From: Tubulanus polymorphus
Taxonomy: Eukaryota > Animalia > Nemertea
Direction of reading: 5' to 3'
NCBI RefSeq assembly: GCF_964204645.1
Contig: NC_134026.1
Span: 643,950 to 707,949, forward strand
Length of the DNA stretch: 64,000 nt
A model generated the notes under the pieces. That model ran no database searches. It was given only the letters and a program-made list of their open reading frames with translations, and was not told where the DNA came from. The position numbers and the translations under genes are program-made. Shown one piece after another: positions 26,247 to 38,976 of the stretch (position 1 is the stretch's first letter; every line of letters begins with the position of its first letter).

Positions 26247-27316
26247 ATGTTATTTCGGTGTGTATTTTTGTCCTTGTTATTGACCGTGGTCAGTTGTACG
26301 GAACTGTCATCTGATCGGGTTGACGAGCAGATTGATGAACTCACCGGTTTACCGATAAGACTTGTACGTTACCTGGCCACGGCGGACGTTGAAGAATTAC
26401 CGGATGAAATACAACGAGAAGTAAGGAAGGCCGGAGATAGGTGAGTTTAATATGTAACAATACAAATCACTAGAAAGAGTAAAATCTAACGGCGACAAAA
26501 ATGTGTTCGTGCAATTTACACTAGAATAAAGATAGAGTTGATAGCGATATGTTGAAGAAGATACATTTAAATCTTTCAGAACATTTTGTAATTTCTTTTT
26601 TAATTTATTGCGGAAGGAATTTTATTCGCATTAGAATTGAGTAACTGATTAACTAAACAGAATGAAATTCATGAAACCCAACACATCAATTAACAATATC
26701 TCTTAATATTCGAAAACTTCGGTCGTAAGTCAGAAATGCCTGTTTTCAACGGCTCATATTTAGGAGTGAAAATATTCAAAAATTCAATTTCAGTTCTCAT
26801 TGGTGTTGTCAGAAAGACACCACGCAGATCGTCGTGGAAACTAAAGGGGTACAAAAATACCACCAAGTGACGCATAGACAGAAACGATACAAAAAATGTG
26901 GAACTTGGGGTTGGTCTCGCTGTACCACTTTCAGAGTGCATTATTCGTAAGTGAATATAAAAAAAGATTATGAAAGTGTTTTTTTTTGCCAAGTATCGTG
27001 ATTACTGTCATGAATCATTTCAGGCAAGCGACAGCGTACGGAATTCAATACAGCTCGAAGGTTATTAGAACTGAATGTCCCAATTCTATGGTGGTTTGTT
27101 GTAAGGGTTTCATTCTCGTAGCTGAACAATGCATCGGTAAATATCACCTACAAATTCACCGAGTTACACCTGTTTCCATGTTTCCATGCTTCCGTGCATC
27201 GTGTGGCTTTATTGATCCAAGATTTATTCAAGAATAATTTCTATTTTCCAGAGTTAAGTTTGGTTTACAAACACAAAAATGATCTGTTAAGATTATCTCA
27301 ACTGGGAGCGATTTAA
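26247..27316 (+). CDS. Cluster copy 4 (subfamily A)
   Basis: MLFRCVFLSLLLTVVSC..ELPDEIQREVRKAGDS|SHWCCQKDT..KKCGTWGWSRCTTFRVHYS|QATAY..TECPNSMVVCCKGFILVAEQCI|ELSLVYKHKNDLLRLSQLGAI*. Confidence 0.85.
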
Positions 27317-27647
27317 GTGGATATGTCTCAATAGTTACGATGTAATTCTATTTGAACGCAATAAATAATTGTAACTTGAAACACAACCGAATTTCTGTGT
27401 TTGTCTTTCACCGTGATGACGTGCGGTTCGGTTCTATTAGATTAGTACCACTGCCGTTGGGTTTAGTTCTATATATGGCTTTATCTTAGACTAATGCTTA
27501 GACTCGATAACCACAACCATTAGTGTTTAATCGGTCGGTTCTGATAAAAAATGGGTGTTAATGGTATCAAATTCCACCCAACATTTACAGGATCTCGGGG
27601 ACTGGCATTGTTTCAGCGACTGATCATATTTTAGCTCGTGAATCACG

Positions 27648-28530
27648 ATGATCTTTTTCCCGATTTTCTACACGATTTTGGGCGTCTTCGTTCTGGGCGC
27701 GTCACTGAGCGCAGCGGAATCTGAAGAAAGTCTATCGAATGAAATTCTCGAATTCCTCGCCTCTGCTGAAGTCGAACAATTACCGTTTGGGCTTCAACGC
27801 ATGGTTCGAGCTGCTGGAGACAAGTAAGTAGATGTCGGCAATTCGAATCTGCATTTCAACCAGAAAAAAAACTCTTTTTGATTCACAAATAGTAAAACGA
27901 CTGAAATTTCTTTTCCTCATTGCCTTGACGGTTGCTGCAGTATGAACGATAACTTATTTTCTAAGAGAAAAGTTTGGTTATGATTTCTATATTTCAGTAT
28001 GCACTGGTGCTGTAGGGTTCCCACTACCAAACTGGTTGTTAACAGTCACGGTGCACAGAAATATATACACATCAGTCACCGACGGAAATACTACAGAAAA
28101 TGTGGCACCTGGGGTTGGGGAAGATGCTCTACATATCAGGTGTATTATAAGTACGTCCTAAGATATCACTTGAATTCAAATAAAGTTAATTAGAAGGCCT
28201 AAGGGCTTTATATGACAGTAGTTCCCAAAGTGGTAAAACTATATATTCGTACGTTTTTATTTTCAAGCCAAGGCGTTGCATACCATGCTATGTATAGGTC
28301 TTCGAGTATAGCTATATCCTGTCCGACTCATCACGCCACTTGCTGTCAAGGTTACATTCTAGTCGCTAAACATTGTCTCTGTTAGTATTTTCACTTTCTT
28401 ACCGACCATTTTGATTTCATTACAAACTCATTGATGTTTAATTCTATCCCTTTTCGTTTCAGCGTTGGTTGAAGTGACCAAATACAAGCAAGATCTGTTA
28501 AAACTGCAGAACATGGGCATGCTTGGTTGA
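27648..28530 (+). CDS. Cluster copy 5 (subfamily A)
   Basis: MIFFPIFYTILGVFVLGASLSA..QLPFGLQRMVRAAGDN|MHWCCRVP..RKCGTWGWGRCSTYQVYYN|QGVAY..ISCPTHHATCCQGYILVAKHCL|SLVEVTKYKQDLLKLQNMGMLG*. Confidence 0.85.
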
Positions 28531-29897
28531 ATGAACATATATTCCTTCAATTCAAAAATGAGCTGAACATCATTTTGCAATGAATAATAAACACATTTTA
28601 TTCTGGAATCTTAAGTTTTGCTCATTTCATTTCAATTTATTCAAAGACAGAGATGGATTCACCTCCTATAAAAATGATTCACTGCCAAAGTAACCATTGC
28701 AAGACACGAAGAATTGTCCCAACTATACCACGCCCGTTTTCCAAAGATTTTTCCCAAATTTTCTGCGTTCTTAGAAACAAGACAAAAAAGAATCATCTAG
28801 AAATTAATGAATCGAATCTATCGTTATTGTGAGGAACTGTGAGCTATCAGACTGCTGTCCTATACCGTTATTTCCTGAAACCATCATTTTTATCAATTTA
28901 TCTTATCTGAAACATGATATCTGTGGTAAACAGCTGATAAAATCACATGATTTTAAATGTCTGTAAAAACTATTAGGTACGTATTAACCATCAACCTTTC
29001 GACTGATAGAAAACGTAGTAAAGAACATAGAGACCACCGATCACTTAAACATAGCTTTAGACCCTCCTCAATTCTGTGCTTTGAGTCTGTGAAATCGATA
29101 ATGAAATATCTTTCCCTTTCCTTACTATATTTCACAAGGACCAGTTGAATCTGTCACTCGTAAATCTAAAATTGAGCCTGCAAATCAAACACTCAAAATC
29201 AATGAAATATTGTTTTAAAGTCTATAGTCGCTTCATTCGAAAAGTATTCGTATAAAGAGACCTTTGTATGAAGAAGCATTCGATTCAACACAATAATTAT
29301 AGCTGAAAATGTTGGTTAGTTTCAAAAATATTTCACGAAGAGAATCCTTTGCTTCAATGTTGTTCGATGCAATTGATGAAAATGGCTTTTTAAATATCAA
29401 ATACGTCTCTATTAGATAAGAAAGATTACAAACATATACTGCACATACCAAGCGGTGCTGGGCATATTATAGTTTCATGTTGTTCCCAGATATGAAATAA
29501 AAAAGACAAAACATATTCATATGTAACTGAGTTGATATAAATCTAGAGAGTATGATGTTATTGGAAAGAATGAAGAAAAAAATGACGAAGGATTTCTACA
29601 ATATTTAATCCAATATATCCAGTCAGTAGATTTGGCTGGGCCTCATAATGGATTTTTTATTAATACTATCAAAAACGTACGACAATAATTCCATTATTGG
29701 AGATATAGTTTATAATACTCTTCGTTATCAGATTTACAGGACGAACTTTACATAGTTTTAACTTAATTAACCATAGTGACGATAAGGCTATATCCAGACA
29801 GACCGCTAGATTCCCAGATCACAGTTCCGGAAGAATAGCTTTATTGGTCAGTCTTCAATTCTTGTCTAGATAGTACCATATACTCATCGCCGTTATC

Positions 29898-30903
29898 ATG
29901 AAGTTTATGCTAGCACTTTTTGCCGCTTTTTGTGGCTTCGTCTGGTAAGATCTTTTTAGTAAATGAATTAATATTCAATTCACTAAATTAGAAACTAATG
30001 AATCAACGTTAATAAAAACATACGAATCGAATCTCACAATGTTTCAATCTTTCGCTAAGCGCTCATCGTCAGGGTTTACAAAAATAACTATAGATTTTGT
30101 ATTTTGAATTGATGAGATAATGGTTCATCAAAAAAACACATTTTTGTGAATTATTTTAGTTATGAAGCTGCTAATGGATCGGGTCACTGGTGTTGTACCG
30201 TTGAAGTGAAACCCGAATTTAAAGAGATGAACTACACAAAAGCTGTACCAGACTATAAGCAGATTAAACTAACAGAAACTGTTGGCTATGAAGAATGTTT
30301 TGGTGTTGATGGCGAAAGCACCTACTGTCCTGTGACAAATGAAAAAATCGTGTAAGTTAATTTTGCTGTTTGCTAAAATAGTTCGTATGGTAAAAATTCA
30401 ATGATAATAATTTACGTATTTTGTGGTTTATTTCTACTGTTTCTAGTAACGTGACCCGCTATAGAATCAAACACGTCCATGAACTGAGAGAAATGAAAGG
30501 ATCGTGCCCTCATGATAAACTCGATTGTTGCGATGGATATGTGAAATATAAGGACAACTGTTACGGTTAGTAAATCTACCGTTATCATCGCATAGAAATA
30601 CAATAGATTACTGAATTCAAGTGAAATATATATTCGATATCGTAAGAAGTGTTTTAACACGTTACCAAATCAATATTTGGTCCATCAAAATGTTAGAAAG
30701 TAGGGAGATTATAGTAAAACAAGAAAACAATTTTTGTAGACCAACAAAATTATTTGGTAACAGTAAATATATATTCATATTTTCATTGTTCTCATATTCG
30801 TGATTTCTTAAAAATTGTCACTTATTTTTGTCTTCATTTCATTCTAGGTAATGACGAAATCGAACAAGTAAAATTGTTGGACAGCTTGGGTCTTCTCGGA
30901 TAA
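29898..30903 (+). CDS. Cluster copy 6 (subfamily B)
   Basis: MKFMLALFAAFCGFVC|YEAANGSGHWCCTVEV..EECFGVDGESTYCPVTNEKIV|NVTRY..GSCPHDKLDCCDGYVKYKDNCY|GNDEIEQVKLLDSLGLLG*. Confidence 0.85.
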
Positions 30904-31255
30904 TATGTATTATTTTTTTGAGAAATACACAATATCTACTGGGAAATCATTACATTCTTTCTGTTTATCTCTTGTGGTACATCGGAGAAATTCCAACAAC
31001 TGCGTGACTTATTATACTGCGTTCCTGAGTTGTCTGCATTCTGAACTCCCAACTTCCTTCAAATTCAGTGCCGAAATCCCTTTTTACTTTTCGTAGGAAT
31101 ATTTTTGAGGTCATTGTGCGCAAGCTGAAAATGTAAATGCCAAATAAATTAATTGCATACCACGGAGTTGTCAAACATAACACGTTTTCAAGATAAACCA
31201 AGTGTGTTGATATATTGATGTAAAATGTATGTTGTTGTCAGATAAACAGGTGACA

Positions 31256-32129
31256 ATGATTCGAGAAGTCACGATTTTTTTGTTTTTCTGTGGATTTTTG
31301 TTGCATTTGTCAAATGCACAACAAAATAAACAGTAAGTTGTTTCTTTTAAGAGGATTTGATGTTTGAAAAAATGAACTACCCAATATTGCTGTTAGACAG
31401 TACCTCTCAGAAAGGTGCATCTCACACCCGTCAGAGTGTCAGAGAAATTTGATTGTGGAACAGTTTAACTCAATTACATATCTATTTATCAGGTCGAGAA
31501 AGTGGTGCTGCGATACGATACGGCCATCAATTAAGGAACTGAGAGAGTTAACATACGCTCTCAAAGTCATGAAAACCGTTATTCTTAAAAAGAAGGTCGG
31601 ATATAAAAGATGCCCCGGTCGCCTTTTGAAAAAATGTCCTATCTATGAAGAAGTGAGGAAGTAAGGTTCCAAATTTTTTTTCGTTACACCTGAGGCTGGT
31701 TGCAATAATGAGTCAACCTTTTCCCGAGATTTAAGACCATTTTTAGATTAAGGCTACACCCCAGAATGCTTGCAGAATACTATCGGAATTCCTGCTACGA
31801 TTTTCATGTTTTCCCTACAGACAGGTTCCTCGTTACAAGTCAATGCCTAAAACTGAGCTGACAATTACTCCCGGACAATGTCCTGAGAAAGATTTGATTT
31901 GCTGCGAAGGATACGAAATGTACAAGGGCGAATGTTACGGTAAGGATACATACCAAAACACAATCAGTTTCATACGTTATCATTTAGATATAGATAGCCT
32001 TTATCCGCACTTTAATTGACTTTTTTGATGTTGTTTTTTTGTTCTTTATTCCTTTTTTTTCTATCAGATCCTACAGATATGGACAGCGTAAAGACTCTGG
32101 AATCGTTGGGTTTGCTCGGTATTAAGTAA
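31256..32129 (+). CDS. Cluster copy 7 (subfamily B)
   Basis: MIREVTIFLFFCGFLLHLSNA..|SRKWCCDTI..KRCPGRLLKKCPIYEEVRK|QVPRY..GQCPEKDLICCEGYEMYKGECY|DPTDMDSVKTLESLGLLGIK*. Confidence 0.85.
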
Positions 32130-32396
32130 TTTTGTCAACTATAGAAAATAAAACACGAACATCATCTCTGAGTTTTTGAGCTTTCGTTACATTGGGATTA
32201 TGGCAAGCCCCGTTTGCTTGATTTTTTTATGGCTGGAAATATAGTGGAACAGAATTCACCTACAATCAACAGTCCATATTATTGACAAATGAATTAATAA
32301 GTACTATCACGTAGTTGTCAAAAATAACACATGTTCTACAGATATAGAATGTAGTTATTTAGCAATACATAATTGTTGTCAGATAAACAGTTGACT

Positions 32397-33280
32397 ATGT
32401 TTCGTGAAGTCGTAATTTTTTTGTTTCTCGGAGGATTTTTGTTGCATTCGTCGAATGCGCAAAACACCAGCAATAAACAGTAAGTGGATTTTCAAGGCTA
32501 TTTCTGAACGATTATAAACTTGAACACTTAACTTTGAAACTTAATTCAAAGGTAACTGTTTTTTTTTAAATTTTTTATTTCACACTTGACCCATCCATTT
32601 GAAAAATCACTGAAACTCTGATAATTGGAATCTGCTCGTCTAACAAAAAGGATTTGATTCCTGTATAGAAGATAAACTGAATTGAATTTCATCAACTTGA
32701 AATTGTTTGTGTAAGTAGACCCAGTGTTGTTTATGCTTTGTTTCTTTCGTTTTTAGGGTGAAAAAATGGTGCTGCGCCAAAACACCGAAACCGGTTGAGG
32801 AAAAAGTAACGTTAACTTACGCCCATAAAGTCATGAAACTGGTTGTTATTTACAACATTAAAGAATATGAAAGATGTCCCGGTCGTCTTTTGAAGAAATG
32901 TCCTGTTCTACAAGAAGTGCATCAGTAAGATCAAAATCAATTTTAATGAATGCAATTTCTTGGTTTTGCATAGAATACCTTCATAAAAAGCTCCTTATTT
33001 TTTCATCTCGCAGATATGTTCCTCGCTACGAGGTGAGGCGTAAAACTGAAGTGCTGAAATCCGCCGGGGTATGCGCCGATGAAGATTTGATTTGCTGTGA
33101 AGGATATGAAATGTACAAGGGTGAATGTTACGGTAAGAACGATTTCAAAAACTGAATTTTTCAAGCGCATTAAAAATTCTCCGATGTTGATTTGATAAAG
33201 GAATTTTTTTTTATTTGACAGAACCATCAGCTTTGGAAAATGCGAAAGTTCTGGAATCTTTGGGATTGCTCGGTATCTAG
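32397..33280 (+). CDS. Cluster copy 8 (subfamily B; closest paralog of copy 7)
   Basis: MFREVVIFLFLGGFLLHSSNA..|VKKWCCAKT..ERCPGRLLKKCPVLQEVHQ|YVPRY..GVCADEDLICCEGYEMYKGECY|EPSALENAKVLESLGLLGI*. Confidence 0.85.
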
Positions 33281-33927
33281 CTTGAAATAACTTGTCAACT
33301 AAATAGAAAATAAAACATTATTACAATATTATCTCTAATAGATCGTTTAAATTTGATTTGTTATAAATTCTGGGATTGTGACAAGATCTGCCACAGACGT
33401 AGAATGTAACTCGAACTCTGTAAGACCTTGGAGCAGTCTGATTACTCCAAGGTAAGACGTAGTATCTGTGGAAAACTAGAACGGTATTTAGAATAGGGAC
33501 AAAGACAATGATTATTTTCCATTCATAAGTGTGGCTTTATGTAAACCAAGAGGTACAAAGACATTAAGTCACAAATATGCTCTTCAAACTAAATTCCAGT
33601 TAAGCCCTGCCAGTTCAGGTAAGATCTGAATCTTACTTAAACCTGATATTCACTAATTTTGCCTTTTGAGCATTTATTGTTGTAGGTTTCGGGCTGCAAC
33701 AACTCTCGAACTTACCCTTACCCTTCTACCGATAAGACATCGAAGTCGTGTGTTTGATTTATAATCAGTTGTTTTCTTTCTATATCCGTCATGTTGATTT
33801 ATATATTTGTGTTTGTGCGTCAAGGTAAATATGGAAAATTAAACAATCGATACGTTATCTCATGGGATCTTTTAAAAAGTGAAAAAATGATACTTAGATC
33901 GGGAAATTAGATCGAGATTTGTTGACG

Positions 33928-34654
33928 ATGAGGACACAGATAGTTGTAGCGCTTTTTGTCTGTTTCGCTTTTGCGGTTATAAACACTGTCACCGCGGGTG
34001 AAAGGTTGGTAATCACTTCATAAACATTCTAACGCAACGATCGTGCGGCTTTTCTTCAGATATCTAACCACCATTCTGATAATCGTTGATTTTTGTTCGT
34101 TTTAGCACAAAATGGTGCTGCAATGTGACACCGGAAGTGAAAGAGGAGAAACGTGTGATGTACTACGCGCAGAAGGTGATCGACAGGAAGTCTGTTATTA
34201 GCACTGCTGAATACTTGAAATGCATGGAAAAACATCGCAATTCAAAAGCTTATAAACCATGCGGTACTCCAGTACCAAAATATGTGTATGTATTGGAATT
34301 TCTATCGTCTCTTTGTACCCACAACATTCCAGAAATTGAAAAGTTCAATCAGATACGAAAAATAATCTTGATTGTTCAGCTGAATAATGAATTTCCTCCT
34401 TTCTGTTTGAATCCAGAGCATCGATTCGTTACGTTAAAAAACAGAAAGTTGACAAGGTGCAAGTAAAAGCAAGATGTCCGGAAGAAAATCTGGTTTGCTG
34501 TGAAGGCTATCAGCCACACAATGGCGACTGCTTGGGTAAATAATGAGACTTCGATGATATCCTTTCCCTTGAACATTTTCAGTTCATTTACATCATGATT
34601 GTTTTTCTTGTAGACGCAGAAGAACTCGCTTTAATGTTGGCACTTGGAATGTAA
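33928..34654 (+). CDS. Cluster copy 9 (subfamily B)
   Basis: MRTQIVVALFVCFAFAVINTVTAGES|TKWCCNVT..LKCMEKHRNSKAYKPCGTPVPKYV|ASIRY..ARCPEENLVCCEGYQPHNGDCL|DAEELALMLALGM*. Confidence 0.83.
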
Positions 34655-35063
34655 TTCTTGACAATAAAAACATATATCAATACGAAACGTTTTCTTTTCT
34701 CGTCTTCTTACTTGAAAGGGATGATATTTCTTGTAACTTTCTGCGAGGATGTGAGAATTTGAGGAACAATCTATCCATGAGATGATTTATCAAATGCGTG
34801 GGTATTATATCGCCTATAACTACACGAATGTTTGGTTAATGATACAATATTCATAGATTGTGGCATTGATAAGAACGTGCCAGGAAGAGCTAGCGACGAT
34901 TCACTATATTTATATGAAAAATAGAATAATCATTTATTTATTTAATTTCTTATCACATTCAATGTGTGTCTACGGCGTAACGGAAACAGCTGTGAGCTAT
35001 ACCAGGGTAGATTCCTGCTATTTTCACAGCTAAAATTCAACCAGAAAAATCAAAATCTCTGCG

Positions 35064-36098
35064 ATGAAGATCTTTATTCTTGTTTCTCTTATCATCTGCT
35101 TCGTGGAACTGCAAGCACAACTGCATAAACTCGAGTAAACCTCATTCTAATCATTCCGCTACATTTCATTCGCGGTTTTCTAAATATTTTCCTAAGGCAT
35201 TTTCTTCATTGTAGTACTGAAAAATGGTGTTGTTCGATTGTACCCGAGGACAAGGTGGAAACGAAAACGTATTCGTACGCTAAGAAGACAGAGAAGAAGA
35301 TAATGATCAAAGTAAAGAAAGGATACGAACCTTGCGAACATGAGTACGACATTGAAGGAGAACCTACTGGAATGTCATGTACAGTTTACGAGAACGTACC
35401 GCAGTAAGTTTCTGTTCTTATGATGGAAAATTTGAAGAACCAAATTCGCAGTTGAATTCTCGGTTGAATATGACTCCATTGTTGAAACACATGGGATTTC
35501 TTACAACCTTAACCTGACCATTAGCTGTGGAACCGAATCCAGTAAATGCGGTAACTGCACGTGAATATTTGTTTACAGTACTGTAACAAGGTATAAGATT
35601 GACTGGAAAATTGAAGAGGTGAGGAATCCACAGAGATGTCCATCTGACAAAATGATCTGCTGCGAGGGATATGAAATGTTCAATGGAGAATGTTACGGTT
35701 AGTAGCAGCCCAGCTATACTTATATGTTGGAAAATTGTAACGATGACAAACTACTTTGATTTCTAATGTCTCCATTTTCAAACATTTCATCATCAACAAT
35801 CAGGCAATGACATTTTGAGCTTAGGCTTATAATATCTTCTTATTTTAATAATTTGATGAAATACTGTGTCCTTGTTTGAAACTACTCCTACGTTCAGATA
35901 GAAAGCAAAAAGAGTCGGAAAAGGTTTCTATGTGTTGATGATTCATTTTCCACGATTCGACGATATCCTAGTATAGTTATCATCATTCTCGAATTCATTC
36001 AGAGTGTGTTCTATATCATCTTCTGATCTTATTTTGCAGAACCATCAGAAATCGAGAACGTGAAACTACTGACATCCCTCGGATTGATGACCAAATAA
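35064..36098 (+). CDS. Cluster copy 10 (subfamily B)
   Basis: MKIFILVSLIICFVELQA..|TEKWCCSIV..EPCEHEYDIEGEPTGMSCTVYENVPH|TVTRY..QRCPSDKMICCEGYEMFNGECY|EPSEIENVKLLTSLGLMTK*. Confidence 0.83.
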
Positions 36099-36195
36099 TA
36101 ACAATGTACACGTCGTATATCTATTGATAAAGTTACTTCATGTATCTGTTGTATTCATCAAATGCATTGAATAAATCTATCAAATAAACATCAGT

Positions 36196-37267
36196 TTATC
36201 CAAGTCCAAGGTTTCCTAACATCTCGGCAATCTCGGCGTCTTCTTTCGCTGTGGACAGAAAAACGACGACATATGAGGAAATTGAAAAATTTCACGAAAA
36301 ATTACATGAAGTGTACTTTTTGCCAATCTTAGAGATAAAACATATTTCCGATGCTATACGTGACGTCATAGAACTAGTTCCCAAACATCATATTGACAAT
36401 GGCATGGCAATGGACTGTGACTTTTACTTCAGTTAACCGCTCGCGTTTGATGGTCAATATACCGTGACGTGAGTTCGCGTAAAATGACCACGATTATATT
36501 TGACTTACTCAGACATTGTCCATTGACGTATTTATAACCATCACAACAATGTAGATATTGTTTAGGACAAGGAACGTTCAGGTGAACTTGTTTGGTCACG
36601 TGTTGAATGACGTAACGAGGAACCTGACTGAAAATAGATACAAGCAGCGTCATTTAAAAAAAACCGTTGATAAATGATCGTTGGTGACGATCTTTGAATT
36701 AAACGGCTGGTTGACCTGAAAGTCATACTGGTCTCAAAGGTTCAACAATTTTAACCACGGGACTTCTTAAAATACGGGAATACGATACAAAATATGATTC
36801 AGATATAAAAAATGAAAAAAACAACATTCATAACTTACCTGATATACTCCTTATAAATAGGACAGTCATATTGACCGGGGACTATATCATCTTCACATTC
36901 TTTATATCCTATTATTGATGTCCTGGTTATATTTTTCATGATAAGTTTTGCTTCTGTAATTTGCATCTTCTCAGTTCGTTCCGTCTCGATGCTGCAACAC
37001 CAGCTCCTGTTAAATAGGATAGAATCATAAGCATTAAGATCATAGAATTAGCCGTTAGTTGGCTATAAAGTTAATGGCACTAAAGACTAGTAATTCACTT
37101 TTAAAGATAGCGAAATGATAGAATTGAAAGATATAAAATGATTTTGAATTTAACATCTTGACTTACTGCTCCTTTTTCCCATTATTCTTGTTCGGTTTAG
37201 CCGATGAACCGAGGCAAACTACCGATGTGAATAGAGCTAAAACTAAAACCCGCTTGACCAGTTCCAT
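36196..37267 (-). CDS. Cluster copy 11 (subfamily B, inverted)
   Basis: MELVKRVLVLALFTSVVCLGSSA..|SWCCSIET..KECEDDIVPGQYDCPIYKEYIS|QVPRY..VPCPKQYLHCCDGYKYVNGQCL|TKEDAEIAEMLGNLGLG*. Confidence 0.83.
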
Positions 37268-37676
37268 ATTCAATCATATAATATGAAGTTTAGATGTTTC
37301 TATATAGGACTGTAATTAGACTATCAGTAAACGTTATCAGCAAAATGATATAAACGCGAAAAACTAATTGCTGTCCACTCAATTATAGAATATCCATGTC
37401 TCGTAATGGCTCCATCCAAATCCATAAATAGGTCAAATATTGCTCATCTACTGTTGTTTACCTCAGAAAAGGCAACAGCATTTTGAATAATATGATCTGA
37501 AAACGAAGTGAAAATCATAAAAAGTCAATATGATATATTCACGATTTCACATGAAACTAGACCACAACTAAATAGCTTTTAACGTTATCTTGGTCATAAT
37601 TGATATAAGTGATATAGAATCCTTACCTTTTCAACACATTAAACCACTCGGCGATTTGATGACCAGTGTTCTCAGG

Positions 37677-38976
37677 ATGCAGTTGTCGTTCTACCTGTTA
37701 TTGGTAAATGTTTTAAGCGCAGTTGTAGAAGTTGAAGTAACCAGGAGTTTGTCAGACGATGCTATCGAATTGACCAACCGCAAGTAATCATTACAGATAC
37801 ATCGATTACATTATTTCTGAATATCTCATTTGTTTGTAATAGGATAAAAATTTGTCGGTTTGTTTCCGTGACTGAAAGTATGAGAGATAAAGAAATTCAT
37901 AATAAACTAATTGTGACTAGAGGTTATACAGATGCATCTATGTTTTCGGTGACCATCGTTTATATTCGTTATAACCACCTTTCAACCTGATGAACGATCC
38001 CACAATTGATGATATCTTTAGTTTTACATTTTAACGGTTTCGATAAATCTGAATCTTTTCTTCACAGAAAGGGTAATGATCGACATTTTCGATGATCAGC
38101 ATTTCCGTTTCTCTGTAGCTGAAGTATCATGAATCATAGTAACTGGAAATCATTGTGGAATCGTTCATCATACTGAGAATCAGTTTATCACCGTCACCTT
38201 TCTACTTAACACTTCTATAAAGTAAAATAAGCTAAAATTATTTTCTTGATAGATTTCCTTGATGAATCATTTAGTAATTGCTCCTCGTCTATTCAGCGTT
38301 GGTGTTAACTACTGCTGTAAGAACAGGCCTGTGAATGCAGTTGAGAGAACCCGTGTAACTGCGCGTAAGAAGGCTGAACGATCAGAAGTCCGAATCGGTA
38401 AACAGGACTGTGGATTGTGGGGAATGAAAAATTGCGATAAATATGACTACAAATACAGGTTTGTTACAAGATAGACACCTAACTGTCCTTTTCTCGAAAT
38501 GTATCTTTCTGTGTGTATCATGTATTTGTTATTTGTAAGAATGTAGTATTCATATTCATCTAAACTAGGAGACATTCGTGGCCAATCTAGAGAAACTAAT
38601 GTCCATAAATCTTACATATAGTTGAACGTAGGGTGGAAATACTACCCCATTTTTCTTTTAACAACTCGCAATTATACATTTAGAATGTCTACGTACTATG
38701 AAGTAGAGAGGTACATGGCGACTGTAGACGGTTCATGTCGTAAGGAAGATATAGTTTGTTGTAATGGTTATTTACATATAAAAACTGTCAACAGATGCGT
38801 CCGTAAGTGAAGCTTCCAGGTGTCATGGTTTACGAAATTGATGCCATATATAATCATGGATTAACTATGGATTTCTATCAACTCTTAACATCATTTATCT
38901 CATCTTTTATGAATTCTTTTTTCTTTCATATCTAGTGTTGACGGAATTAGAGAACTTGCTGAACCAACTCGGTTAG
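37677..38976 (+). CDS. Cluster copy 12 (subfamily C)
   Basis: MQLSFYLLLVNVLSA..|VGVNYCCKNRP..QDCGLWGMKNCDKYDYKYR|MSTYY..GSCRKEDIVCCNGYLHIKTVNRCV|LLTELENLLNQLG*. Confidence 0.82.

Noticed and set aside
28950-29500. Possible decayed 18th cluster copy (MKYLSLSLLYF.. at 29101)
   Set aside because: Only a short hydrophobic start followed by a stop; no recognisable WCC or CCxGY exons found.
38068-38072. 5-nt micro-exon in copy 12 (cag|AAAGG|gtaat)
   Set aside because: Inclusion would shift the frame; direct splicing already gives an intact protein.
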